A stretch of DNA of 64,000 nucleotides, taken from assembly GCA_963826405.1 (NCBI GenBank), contig CAWGWR010000009.1, positions 90,211 through 154,210 on the forward strand, read 5' to 3'. The notes below the pieces were generated by a model. It searched no databases. It was not told the origin of the DNA and was given only the letters and a program-made list of their open reading frames with translations. The position numbers and the translations under genes were made by a program. Of this stretch, positions 21,198-29,927 are shown piece after piece; positions within the stretch are counted from its first letter, which is position 1, and each line of letters begins with the position of its first letter. Origin of the DNA: an uncultured Actinomycetota bacterium (GTDB lineage Bacteria; Actinomycetota; Actinomycetes; Propionibacteriales; Propionibacteriaceae).

Positions 21198-22523
21198 GTG
21201 AACGCGCAGCGCTCCGGCCGATCCCTGGACCGGGAGATCTTCGGGCTCGCGCTGCCCACCCTGGCGACCCTGCTCGCGGAACCGCTGCTGCTGCTGGCCG
21301 ACTCCGCGATCGTCGGCCACCTCGGCACGGATGCCCTGGCCGGTCTGGGCATCGCGGCCAACGTTCTGGGCGTGCTGGCCGGTCTGTGCGTCTTCCTGGC
21401 CTACGGCACGACCGGCATGGTCGCGCGGAGGATCGGCGCCGGCCAGGATGCCGCGGGCCTGCAGGCGGGCTTCGACGGGTTGGTGCTGGCGGTCCTGCTC
21501 GGTGGCCTGCTCGGGCTGGCGCTGCTGCTGAGCGGTCCCAGCGTCGTCGGCGCGTACGGAGCGTCGCCGGAGGTGACGGCCGCGGCCACGACGTACTTGC
21601 GGGTGGCGGCTCTCGGTGTCCCTTCGATCCTGCTGCTGCTGGCCGGTACCGGCGTCCTCCGCGGGCTGCGGGACACCCGCACGCCGCTGCTCGTCGTCCT
21701 CGGGGCGAACCTGGTCAACATCGCGGCCAACCTGGCCCTGGTCCACGGCGCCGGCCTGGGGATCGCCGGGTCCGCCCTCGGGACGCTGGTGGCCCAGACG
21801 GGAGCGGCGGTGGTCATCGCCACCGTGGTGGTCCGGCGGATGGGCGCGGTGCACGCCCGGCCACGGCTCGCCCTGGCCGGCGTGCTGCGGGCGGCGCGAG
21901 CAGGACGCTGGCTGGTGGTCCGGACGGCGACGCTGCAGGGGGCGGTCACCCTGGCGACGCTGGGGGCGGCCAGCAGCGGCACGGTGGCCCTCGCCGCGCA
22001 CCAGGTGGTCACCAGTCTCTGGATCCTACTGGCCTTCTGCCTCGACGCCCTGGCCATCGCCGGCCAGACGATCATCGCGCGTGCCCTGGGCTCGGAGGAG
22101 CTCACCCTGGCCCGGGCGATGACGTACCGGATGGTGGGCTGGGGCGTCGTCTCCGGCCTGGGATCGGGGTTGCTCGTCTGGGCGACACGGCCGCTCTACG
22201 TGGGGTTCTTCTCCCCCGACCCGGCGGTGCAGCAGCTGGTCGGTGCGGTGCTGCTGGTGGTGGCGGTGGTGACCCCGGTCGCCGGTGTCGTGTACGTGCT
22301 CGACGGGGTGCTGATCGGCGCCGGCGACAGCCGCTACCTGGCTCTCGCGGGGCTCCTCGCCTTGGCGGCCTTCGCCCCGCTGGCGCTGCTCGTCCGCGGG
22401 CAGGGGGCTGGCCTGACGTGGCTGTGGGCGGCCTACGGGGTGTTCATGCTGGCGCGGATGACGACGCTCGTCCTCCGGGTGCGCGGCGGCGCCTGGGCCC
22501 GGACCGGTGCGGCCGTGGGTTAG
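21198..22523 (+). CDS. MATE family efflux transporter
   Basis: LALP..LAEP..LADSAIVGHLG, G.LRGL.DTRTPL, LDALAIAGQ; about 12 TM segments. Confidence 0.9.
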   Translation: MNAQRSGRSLDREIFGLALPTLATLLAEPLLLLADSAIVGHLGTDALAGLGIAANVLGVLAGLCVFLAYGTTGMVARRIGAGQDAAGLQAGFDGLVLAVLLGGLLGLALLLSGPSVVGAYGASPEVTAAATTYLRVAALGVPSILLLLAGTGVLRGLRDTRTPLLVVLGANLVNIAANLALVHGAGLGIAGSALGTLVAQTGAAVVIATVVVRRMGAVHARPRLALAGVLRAARAGRWLVVRTATLQGAVTLATLGAASSGTVALAAHQVVTSLWILLAFCLDALAIAGQTIIARALGSEELTLARAMTYRMVGWGVVSGLGSGLLVWATRPLYVGFFSPDPAVQQLVGAVLLVVAVVTPVAGVVYVLDGVLIGAGDSRYLALAGLLALAAFAPLALLVRGQGAGLTWLWAAYGVFMLARMTTLVLRVRGGAWARTGAAVG

Positions 22524-22550
22524 GACCGGCCTGTGGTCACCGCAGCGGCC

Positions 22551-23108
22551 TCAGCCGTTCAGGTCGGGCTTCGTCCAGTACCAGGTGCTGTCCAGCCGCT
22601 TGCGTGCCTCCAACCCACCCAGGACCATGACCAGCCCGGCGACCAGGGACGCCATCCACGCCACGCCCAGCCGCGACGGCACCCCGGCGGCCTCCAGCTG
22701 CTGGTAGCCGGTGACCACCAAGACGGCGCTGAGGGAGAACAACCACCCCGACAGCAGGGCCAGGCGGCGGATCCACCGGCCGAGCGTCGCTGCCGCGAGC
22801 GACCAGAACGAACCGAGCCCGGCGAGCAGGCCGATCTGCTGGGCCGCCAGCCCCAGATAGGTGATGTCGAGGCCGAAGGCGAGCCGGCCGCGGTCGGCGG
22901 CCCCGAAGCCCTCTGCGTCGGGCTGGGCGGCGACGAAGAACCGGCTGGCCCCGATCAGGCCCCGACCGTAGGCCTCGAACGCCTGGATCCCGACGTGGGG
23001 CAGGAACGCGCTCAGCACCATGGCCAGCGCGGCGACACCAGCCACCGTCCCACGGCGCTGGTAGCCGCGGCGGCGGCGCAGCCGCGCCTCCTCGGTGGGC
23101 AGGATCAC
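22551..23108 (-). CDS. Hypothetical four-TM membrane protein
   Basis: 185-aa ORF with four hydrophobic segments filling the gap between MATE and rplI. Confidence 0.7.
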   Translation of the reverse strand: MILPTEEARLRRRRGYQRRGTVAGVAALAMVLSAFLPHVGIQAFEAYGRGLIGASRFFVAAQPDAEGFGAADRGRLAFGLDITYLGLAAQQIGLLAGLGSFWSLAAATLGRWIRRLALLSGWLFSLSAVLVVTGYQQLEAAGVPSRLGVAWMASLVAGLVMVLGGLEARKRLDSTWYWTKPDLNG

Positions 23109-23212
23109 GGGCCGACCCTACGTGACCGCCGGACGTGGCCGGCCTCGCTGCGGCCGCGTCGCGAGGTCGCGCGCCCGTCCCGGCTCTCACCCTGGTCTGG
23201 GTGTGCGGGCAG

Positions 23213-23248
23213 CACGACGCCCCGGGGCCGGAGCCTCGGGGCGTCGTG
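23213..23248 (-). terminator. GC-rich hairpin after rplI
   Basis: CACGACGCCCCG...CGGGGCGTCGTG perfect 12-bp outer stem, extended by GGGC/GCCT around a 4-nt loop. Confidence 0.7.
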
Positions 23249-23265
23249 GTGCCGGAAGTCGTCGC

Positions 23266-23715
23266 TCAGGAAGCGGCGACCACGGCGAGCTGGACGTGCG
23301 CGGTGACCGCGTCGTGCAGCTTCACACCGATGGTGTGGGTGCCGACCGACTTGATCGGCTTGTTGATCTCGACCGAGCGCTTGTCGACCGAGACGTTGCC
23401 GGCCTTCTTGATGGCGCTGGCGATGTCGGCGGCGGTGACCGCACCGAAGAGCTTGCCCGTGTCACCGGCCCGCACCGGGAGCTCGACGCTGATGCCCTCG
23501 AGCTGCGTCCGCACCTCCTGGGCGTGGTCGATACCGCGGATCTCGCGGGCCGCACGGCTCCGCTTGATGCCCTCGATCTGCTTCTCGCCGCCACGGGTCC
23601 AACGGATGGCGAAGCCACGCGGGATGAGGAAGTTCCGGCCGTAGCCGTCCTTGACCTCGACCACGTCGCCAGCGCCACCAAGGTTGTCCACGGCAGCCGT
23701 CAGGATGAGCTTCAT
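23266..23715 (-). CDS. rplI: 50S ribosomal protein L9
   Basis: MKLILTAAVDNLG..GDVVEVKDGYGRNFLIP; GKLFGAVT. Confidence 0.97.
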   Translation of the reverse strand: MKLILTAAVDNLGGAGDVVEVKDGYGRNFLIPRGFAIRWTRGGEKQIEGIKRSRAAREIRGIDHAQEVRTQLEGISVELPVRAGDTGKLFGAVTAADIASAIKKAGNVSVDKRSVEINKPIKSVGTHTIGVKLHDAVTAHVQLAVVAAS

Positions 23716-23729
23716 CTGGGCGTCCCTCC

Positions 23730-23966
23730 TCAGCGAGCCGTCGAGGCGTACGGCAGAAGCGCAACCTCGCGAGCGTTCTTGATGGCGATGGCGACCTTGC
23801 GCTGCTCCTGCACGGAGAGCCCGGTCACCCGGCGAGCGCGGATCTTTCCCCGCTCGGAGATGAACTTCCGCAGCGTGGCGGTGTCCTTGTAGTCGATGTG
23901 CTGGCCCGCGCGCAGCGGGTTGGACTTCTTCTTCGGTGCGCGCTTGGCGGGTGGGGTGCTGGCCAT
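23730..23966 (-). CDS. rpsR: 30S ribosomal protein S18 (cysteine-free form)
   Basis: [42 protein letters not shown]; contains no Cys. Confidence 0.97.
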   Translation of the reverse strand: MASTPPAKRAPKKKSNPLRAGQHIDYKDTATLRKFISERGKIRARRVTGLSVQEQRKVAIAIKNAREVALLPYASTAR

Positions 23967-24070
23967 TGTGGTGCTCTCCTCTCGAGCCCGGCGCGAGCCT
24001 TCGCTCGATGGCCGGAATGTGCCGGATGTGGAATGGGGTGCCTGATCGGGTCAGCCGGAAGGCGGACCGG

Positions 24071-24659
24071 TCAGAACGGGGGCTCTTCGCTCTGGGGCGT
24101 CGCCCAGGGGTCGGAGCCTTGTGCGCGGTTCCCGCCGCCGCCGCTGCTGGCACCGGTCGCCCAGGGGTCTTCGCCCCCGCCGCCACCGCCGCCGGCGTTG
24201 CTGCCGCCGCCGTAACCGCCGCCCGCCCCCGGAGGGACGGCCGGCGCCGCCGCCGCCGCCGTAGCCACCACCGCCCTGGCCACCCCCACCACCACTGGGG
24301 GTGCGGGTGACCTTGGCGGTCGCGTAACGCAGCGCTGGGCCGATCTCGTCGACGTCAACCTCGAACACGGTGCGCTTCTCACCCTCGCGGGTCTCGTAGC
24401 TCCGTGACTTCAGACGGCCCTGGACGATGACCCGCATGCCCTTCTGGAGCGACTCGGCGACGTTCTCCGCAGCCTGGCGCCAGACGGCGCAGTTGAGGAA
24501 CATCGCATCGCCGTCACGCCACTCGTTGGACTGACGGTCGAAGGTGCGCGGGGTCGACGCGACGGTGAAGTTCGCGACCGCGGCACCCGAGGGGGTGAAG
24601 CGCAGCTCCGGGTCGGCGGTGAGATTGCCGACCAGGGTGATGGGTGTTTCGCCTGCCAT
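24071..24659 (-). CDS. ssb: Single-stranded DNA-binding protein with apparent +1 frameshift at ~24222-24224
   Basis: [33 protein letters not shown] fold; the Gly-rich tail and DPW..EEPPF tip lie in the next frame (ORF 24071..24382). Confidence 0.95.
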
Positions 24660-24827
24660 GGGGTCTCCTGGGTTCAGATGCGACGACGTACGAGCGAGCG
24701 GGACGGGAGTCCGGAGCGGTCCCGGTCGGCCACGGCTACCACCCTGCCAGCGACGGCTGACATGTTCGAGAGCCGGGCAGAGGCTGTGGACGCGGAAGGA
24801 CCGGCCCTGTGGACGACCCGCGCCCGC

Positions 24828-25118
24828 TCAGTGGGCGTCGGTGCGGATGACCTTGGTGCGCATGATCGACTCGTTGATCGAGAACTGGCGGTCCAGCTCC
24901 TTCACGTCGACCGGGTTGGCCTGCATCGTGATGACGGCGTAGATCCCCTCGGACTTCTTCTGGATCTCGTACGCCAGACGGCGACGACCCCAGATGTCCA
25001 GGCTCTCCACGGTCCCGCCACCCTTGGTGATGACGGTCAGGAACTGCTCGAGCGTGGGTTGGACGGTACGCTCATCGGTCTCAGGGTCGAGAATGACCAT
25101 GACCTCGTAAGGGCGCAT
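24828..25118 (-). CDS. rpsF: 30S ribosomal protein S6
   Basis: [38 protein letters not shown]. Confidence 0.97.
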   Translation of the reverse strand: MRPYEVMVILDPETDERTVQPTLEQFLTVITKGGGTVESLDIWGRRRLAYEIQKKSEGIYAVITMQANPVDVKELDRQFSINESIMRTKVIRTDAH

Positions 25119-25127
25119 GCGCGAACT

Positions 25128-25180
25128 CCACCTCCTCTGGTCTCAACGGCTGCAGGCGGTTCCCGCAGCAGGAGGGCGAA
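25128..25180 (-). promoter_or_regulatory. Putative rpsF leader (S6:S18 autoregulatory RNA)
   Basis: Minus strand CCCTCCT-GCTGC...GCAGC-...AGGAGG: anti-SD pairs with the SD around an inner hairpin, with a CCC, as in described S6:S18-binding leaders. Confidence 0.65.
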
Positions 25181-25353
25181 TGCCGACCGGCCCCACACGG
25201 GTGGGCCCGGTCTGTGCGGCCACCGTGGGCGGCAGCACAGCGTGCCATGTTACGCCGCTCGCCGGACGGTGGCCAAACTGCACGGCTCCACGCCGGTCCG
25301 ACCCCTGCGCACCGGCGACGCCGTCGACCGGACCCACGAACGGACAGCGTCGC

Positions 25354-25375
25354 TGTCGGCGCCCGTCGCTAGGGT
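25354..25375 (+). promoter_or_regulatory. PafBC / RecA-NDp-type DNA-damage promoter of nfo
   Basis: TGTCGG-N10-TAGGGT, exact match to TGTCGG-N10-TA-N3-T; ATG 6 nt downstream (leaderless). Confidence 0.7.
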
Positions 25376-25381
25376 CGCTCC

Positions 25382-26182
25382 ATGACGACGACGCTGGCGA
25401 TCGGCGGCCACGGCGAGCAGGCGGACCCGGTCGCGGAGGCCCAGGCCCGCTCAGCGACGCTGGCCCAGTTCTTCCTGGGCGACCCCCAGGGCTGGAAGGG
25501 CCCTGAGTTCGCCCACCCCGGCGGTGCGGCCGGACTGCGGGCGGCCGCCGAAGAGGCGGGCATCACGCTCTACGTCCACGCCCCCTACGTGCTGAACGTG
25601 GCTACCAGCAACAACCGCATCCGCATCCCCAGCCGGAAGTTCCTCCAGCAGTACCTGCACGCCGCGGCCGAGGTCGGTGCGGCCGGGGTCGTGGTCCACG
25701 GCGGGCACGTGCTCAAGAGCGACGACCCCGCGACCGGCTTCGACAACTGGCGCAAGTGCATCGAGCGGCTCGAGATCCCGGTGCCGCTGCTCATCGAGAA
25801 CACCGCGGGCGGGGACAACGCGATGGCTCGCCGGCTCGAACGCGTCGCCCGCCTCTGGGACGCGGTCGGGGACGCCCCGGGCGGGGACTCCGTCGGCTTC
25901 TGCCTCGACACCTGTCACGCGCACGCTGGGGGTGAGGAGCTGGTCGGCCTCGTCGACCGGCTCCGGGCCATCACCGGGCGGATCGACCTCGTCCACGCCA
26001 ACGACTCCCGCGACGGCTTCGACTCCGGCGCCGACCGGCACGCGAACGTCGGAGAGGGCCAGCTGGACCCCGAGGCACTGGCCGAGGTGGTGCGGACCGC
26101 CGGCGCCCCGGTGGTGGTCGAGACCCCCGGTGGCCCCGAGGGGCAGGCCCGCGACATCGCCTGGCTCCGGGACCACGTCTGA
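25382..26182 (+). CDS. nfo: Endonuclease IV (AP endonuclease family 2)
   Basis: HAPYVLN, VVVHGG, ENTAG, CLDTCH, HAND, RHANVGEG, ETP zinc-ligand motifs. Confidence 0.88.
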   Translation: MTTTLAIGGHGEQADPVAEAQARSATLAQFFLGDPQGWKGPEFAHPGGAAGLRAAAEEAGITLYVHAPYVLNVATSNNRIRIPSRKFLQQYLHAAAEVGAAGVVVHGGHVLKSDDPATGFDNWRKCIERLEIPVPLLIENTAGGDNAMARRLERVARLWDAVGDAPGGDSVGFCLDTCHAHAGGEELVGLVDRLRAITGRIDLVHANDSRDGFDSGADRHANVGEGQLDPEALAEVVRTAGAPVVVETPGGPEGQARDIAWLRDHV

Positions 26183-26199
26183 CCCCCTGACCTCCCGGG

Positions 26200-27708
26200 T
26201 CAGCCGGCGTCGACCTCGACCCGTCGGTCGCGGTCCCCGCGACCGAACAGGCACCGGTAGAACCGGTCACTACCGTCGGCCTCCTGAGGAGGCAGGGCCA
26301 GGATCTCCCAGTCGGTGCGGCGGTCGGCGGCGGTGAGCAACCCGGACAGCACATCGGCGTCGCAGAGCCTCTTGACCGCAGGCAGGTCCTCCAACTGGGA
26401 CTGCCGGCGCACCTCGACCTCCAACGGCCCTGCTGCGAAGGTCTGGTAGACGTGGGTCTCGTCACAGGACTGCGGGGTGCCCAGGGAGGGCAGGTCGAAC
26501 ACCGAGATGATGCCCGCCCAGCACTCGGCCGTGGTCGGGCAGTAGCTGGTTCCTCCCAGCGTGTCCGAGCAGTCGTCGTACCCCTCCGGCAGCGCCCCCA
26601 GCGAGGTGCGACCCGGCGGGGTCGGGGACGGGGAGTCCTCCGCGGCCGGGCTTGAGGGCGCCGAGGTCGTCGGGGCTGCGGCCGGGGTGCTCGCTGAAGG
26701 GAGCGGCGGGGTGGCGGTCCCGGGCCCGCGGTCGAGGACCAACAATCCGGCCACCAGCAGGGCGGCGAGCACGACACCGACGAGCGGCACCACGAGCCCG
26801 CGGGTCCCGCGGCGCGCGGCCGAGGTGCTCTGCTGGCCGGTGTCGGCCTGCACGGCGACCATGCTCCGCTCGGGGTCCTCAGGCTGGTCCACGCCCAGCT
26901 CGAGGCCTGCGAGCCGGTCCCGGAGGGCAGCGGCGGTGGGTCGGGCGGCGGGGTCGAGGTCGAGGGCCGCAGACAGCACCCTCAACAACCGACGGCCGGT
27001 GCCGGGCACTGGCTCGAGCGGCTCGCGGTGCTTCGCCATCACCTCGGCCAGCGTTGGCGCCGCGCCGGACGGCCACCGCGGCGGACCGCCGGCCAGCAGG
27101 GCGTAGAGCGTGGCCGCGAGGGAGTAGACGTCGGCAGCGGGGGCCGGCGGCGCCCCCTGCAGCACCTCGGGAGCGGTGTAGGCGGGCGTGACGCCCTCGA
27201 ATGCCGTGGGGCGCGGGGCGTCCGGATCGGGCAGGGCCGCGAGCCCGAAGTCGGCCAGGCCCACCCGGTCGTAGGCGTCGATGAGGATGTTGGCGGGCTT
27301 CACGTCCCGGTGCAGCACCCCGCGGGCGTGGGTGGCCGCCAAGGCGTCGGCGATCTGCACGCCGATGTCGCGGACCCGCTCCTGCGAGGGCCGAGACCCC
27401 TCCTGGAGGTAGCGGGTGAGCGAGCCGCCCGGACACAGCTCCATGACGATGTAGGGCCGGTCGTCGGCCAGGATCCCTGCGTCGTGGACGGTGACGATCC
27501 CCGGGTGCGCCGACATCTGGCCGGCCGCCCCCGCCTCACGCAGGAACCGCAGCCGCTCGGGCTCCGCGTCCAAGCGTCGCTGGTCGACCTTCACCGCGAC
27601 GAGGCGGTCCAGCGTCTCCTGCCGCGCCTCCCAGACCACGGCAAAGCCGCCCCTGGCCAGGGGGCGCCAGTCCTTGAGCCCGGGGATCTGCGGAGGTTCG
27701 ATCGCCAC
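26200..27708 (-). CDS. Transmembrane Ser/Thr kinase with Cys-rich extracellular domain
   Basis: RGGFAVV, VAVK, HRDVKPAN, DFG, APE; TM helix, Pro/Thr linker, six Cys in the C-terminal domain. Confidence 0.9.
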   Translation of the reverse strand: MAIEPPQIPGLKDWRPLARGGFAVVWEARQETLDRLVAVKVDQRRLDAEPERLRFLREAGAAGQMSAHPGIVTVHDAGILADDRPYIVMELCPGGSLTRYLQEGSRPSQERVRDIGVQIADALAATHARGVLHRDVKPANILIDAYDRVGLADFGLAALPDPDAPRPTAFEGVTPAYTAPEVLQGAPPAPAADVYSLAATLYALLAGGPPRWPSGAAPTLAEVMAKHREPLEPVPGTGRRLLRVLSAALDLDPAARPTAAALRDRLAGLELGVDQPEDPERSMVAVQADTGQQSTSAARRGTRGLVVPLVGVVLAALLVAGLLVLDRGPGTATPPLPSASTPAAAPTTSAPSSPAAEDSPSPTPPGRTSLGALPEGYDDCSDTLGGTSYCPTTAECWAGIISVFDLPSLGTPQSCDETHVYQTFAAGPLEVEVRRQSQLEDLPAVKRLCDADVLSGLLTAADRRTDWEILALPPQEADGSDRFYRCLFGRGDRDRRVEVDAG

Positions 27709-27815
27709 CGCCCCACCTTAGGCAGGTCGTCCGCACCGCGTCGGGCTTCCCGGACGTGCACCCTTCGCGACGCCGGTTCCTGCCGGCGCTCGAGGCCGGC
27801 CGCTACCCTGCCCGC

Positions 27816-29927
27816 ATGAGCCGGAGCGTGTACGTGGCCTCGCCTGAGGGGCTGACGGGGAAGTCCGCCGTCGCGCTCGGACTGCTGGACGCCCTGGTCC
27901 GCGAGGTGGGCTCGGTCGGGGTCTTCCGGCCGCTGACCACGGCCAGGCACTCCGGCGACGACGACGTCGACGTCATCGTCGACCTGCTCGTCAGCCAGCC
28001 CGGTGTGGACCAGGAGTACGCGGACGCGCTGGGGGTCACCTACGACGCCGCCCGCACCGACCCGGACGAGGCGCTCCACGTCATCGTCGAGCGGTTCGGT
28101 CACCTGGCGGACCGCTACGAGGTGGTGCTGGTGCTGGGCTCGGACTACACCGACGTCTCCACCGGGACCGAGCTGAGCCTCAACGCGAAGATCGCCGCGA
28201 ACCTGGGCTCGCCCGTGGTGCTGGTGGTGCACGGCCGGGAACGGACGCCGGACCAGATCCGGGCGGCGGCGGACGGGGCCATCGCCGAGCTCCGGGCCAA
28301 CCACGCCCAGACCGTCGCCGTCGTGGCGAACCGGGTCGAGCCGGCAGAGGTCGAGGCGGCCATGGCCGCGCTGGCCGGGCTCGCCCCGCTGGTCGTCGCG
28401 GCCATCCCTGAGAGCGCGCTGCTCTCGGCCCCGACCTTCCGTGCCCTGGTCGAAGCGGCCGACGGTGCCCTCACCCTGGGCAACGCCAGCTGGATGGACC
28501 GGGAGTCCCTCGGCCTGGTCGTCGCCGCCATGAGCCTGCCCAACGTGCTGGCCCGGCTGGGGCCGGACGTGACCGTGATCGCCCCGAGCGACCGGACCGA
28601 CCTCATCCCGGGCCTGATGCTGGCCCACCAGTCCGGGACCTTCCCGACGCTGGCAGGCATCCTGCTGACTGGCGGGTACGCGCTGCCTGACACCATCCGT
28701 CGCCTGTCCGAGGGCGTCCAGCAGGACCTGCCCATCGCGCTGACCGACCTCGGCACCTTCACGACCGCCGAGCGGCTGATGCGGGTCCGCGGCCCGATGA
28801 CCAAGCGCTCCACGAGCAAGGTCGAGACCGCGCGGCGGCTGTTCGCCGAGCAGGTCGACCAGGCCGCGCTGCTGGCGGCGGTCGACGTGCCGGCGAGCGA
28901 GGTGCGCACCCCCCTGATGTTCGAGTACCAGCTGGTGGAGCGCGCCCGGGCCGACCGCAAGCACATCGTCCTCCCCGAGGCGACCGACGACCGCATCCTC
29001 CAGGCGGCGGCGATCCTGCTGCGGCGTGGCGTCGCCGACCTGACGTTGCTGGGCGAGGAGACCAAGGTGCGGGCTCGGGGGTCGGCGCTGGGCCTCGACC
29101 TGGACGCGGCCGCTGTCGTCTCCCCCACCGACCCGGAGCTGGTGGAGCGCTTCGCCGAGGCGTACACCGCGGCCCGCGCCCACAAGGGGATGACGTTGGA
29201 GAAGGCCCGGGAGCGGGTCACCGACATCTCCTACTTCGCCACGTTGATGGTGCACCTCGGGCTGGCCGACGGGATGGTCTCCGGAGCGGTCAACACCACC
29301 GCGCACACCATCCGTCCCGCCCTGGAGTTCGTGAAGACCCGGCCCGGAGTCGACACCGTCTCCAGCGTGTTCCTGATGTGCCTGGCCGACCGGGTGCTGG
29401 TCTACGGCGACTGTGCGGTGATCCCGGAGCCGACCACCGAGCAGCTCGCCGACATCGCCCTCTCCTCCGCCGACACCGCCCGGCAGTTCGGCGTCGACCC
29501 GCGGGTGGCGATGCTCTCCTACTCCACCGGCAGCTCGGGCTCCGGTGCCGAGGTGGAGAAGGTGCGCGCCGCGACCGCTCTGGTGGCTGAGCGCGCGCCC
29601 GACCTGCCCTTGGAGGGGCCGATCCAGTACGACGCGGCCATCGACCCCGGCGTGGCTCGCACGAAGCTGCCGAACTCGACGGTGGCCGGCCGCGCCACCG
29701 TGTTCATCTTCCCGGACCTCAACACGGGCAACAACACCTACAAGGCGGTACAGCGCAGCGCACACGCCGTCGCCATCGGACCCGTGCTGCAGGGCCTGCG
29801 CAAGCCCGTGAACGACCTCTCCCGCGGGGCGTTGGTGGAGGACATCGTGAACACCGTGGCCATCACCGCCGTCCAGGCCCAGGCGCTGACGGCCCCAGCG
29901 TCGCGTCCTCAGGGGAGCCAGGCGTGA
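27816..29927 (+). CDS. pta: Phosphate acetyltransferase (long form with DRTGG domain)
   Basis: GKS..ALG N-domain, IVLPE, DGMVSGA..TT..TIRPAL, GPIQYDAA, FIFPDLNTGNNTYKAVQR, GPVLQGL.KPVNDLSRG. Confidence 0.96.
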   Translation: MSRSVYVASPEGLTGKSAVALGLLDALVREVGSVGVFRPLTTARHSGDDDVDVIVDLLVSQPGVDQEYADALGVTYDAARTDPDEALHVIVERFGHLADRYEVVLVLGSDYTDVSTGTELSLNAKIAANLGSPVVLVVHGRERTPDQIRAAADGAIAELRANHAQTVAVVANRVEPAEVEAAMAALAGLAPLVVAAIPESALLSAPTFRALVEAADGALTLGNASWMDRESLGLVVAAMSLPNVLARLGPDVTVIAPSDRTDLIPGLMLAHQSGTFPTLAGILLTGGYALPDTIRRLSEGVQQDLPIALTDLGTFTTAERLMRVRGPMTKRSTSKVETARRLFAEQVDQAALLAAVDVPASEVRTPLMFEYQLVERARADRKHIVLPEATDDRILQAAAILLRRGVADLTLLGEETKVRARGSALGLDLDAAAVVSPTDPELVERFAEAYTAARAHKGMTLEKARERVTDISYFATLMVHLGLADGMVSGAVNTTAHTIRPALEFVKTRPGVDTVSSVFLMCLADRVLVYGDCAVIPEPTTEQLADIALSSADTARQFGVDPRVAMLSYSTGSSGSGAEVEKVRAATALVAERAPDLPLEGPIQYDAAIDPGVARTKLPNSTVAGRATVFIFPDLNTGNNTYKAVQRSAHAVAIGPVLQGLRKPVNDLSRGALVEDIVNTVAITAVQAQALTAPASRPQGSQA

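Noticed and set aside
19200-22001. 933-aa ORF resembling a large TrpG fusion
   Set aside because: Only the last 213 aa are TrpG; the rest overlaps DUF881 and is antisense to crgA and MATE, a high-GC open-frame artefact.
24754-24769. Possible LexA box upstream of ssb
   Set aside because: Only the GTTCGA half-site is present; the other half (CGGCTG) does not match.
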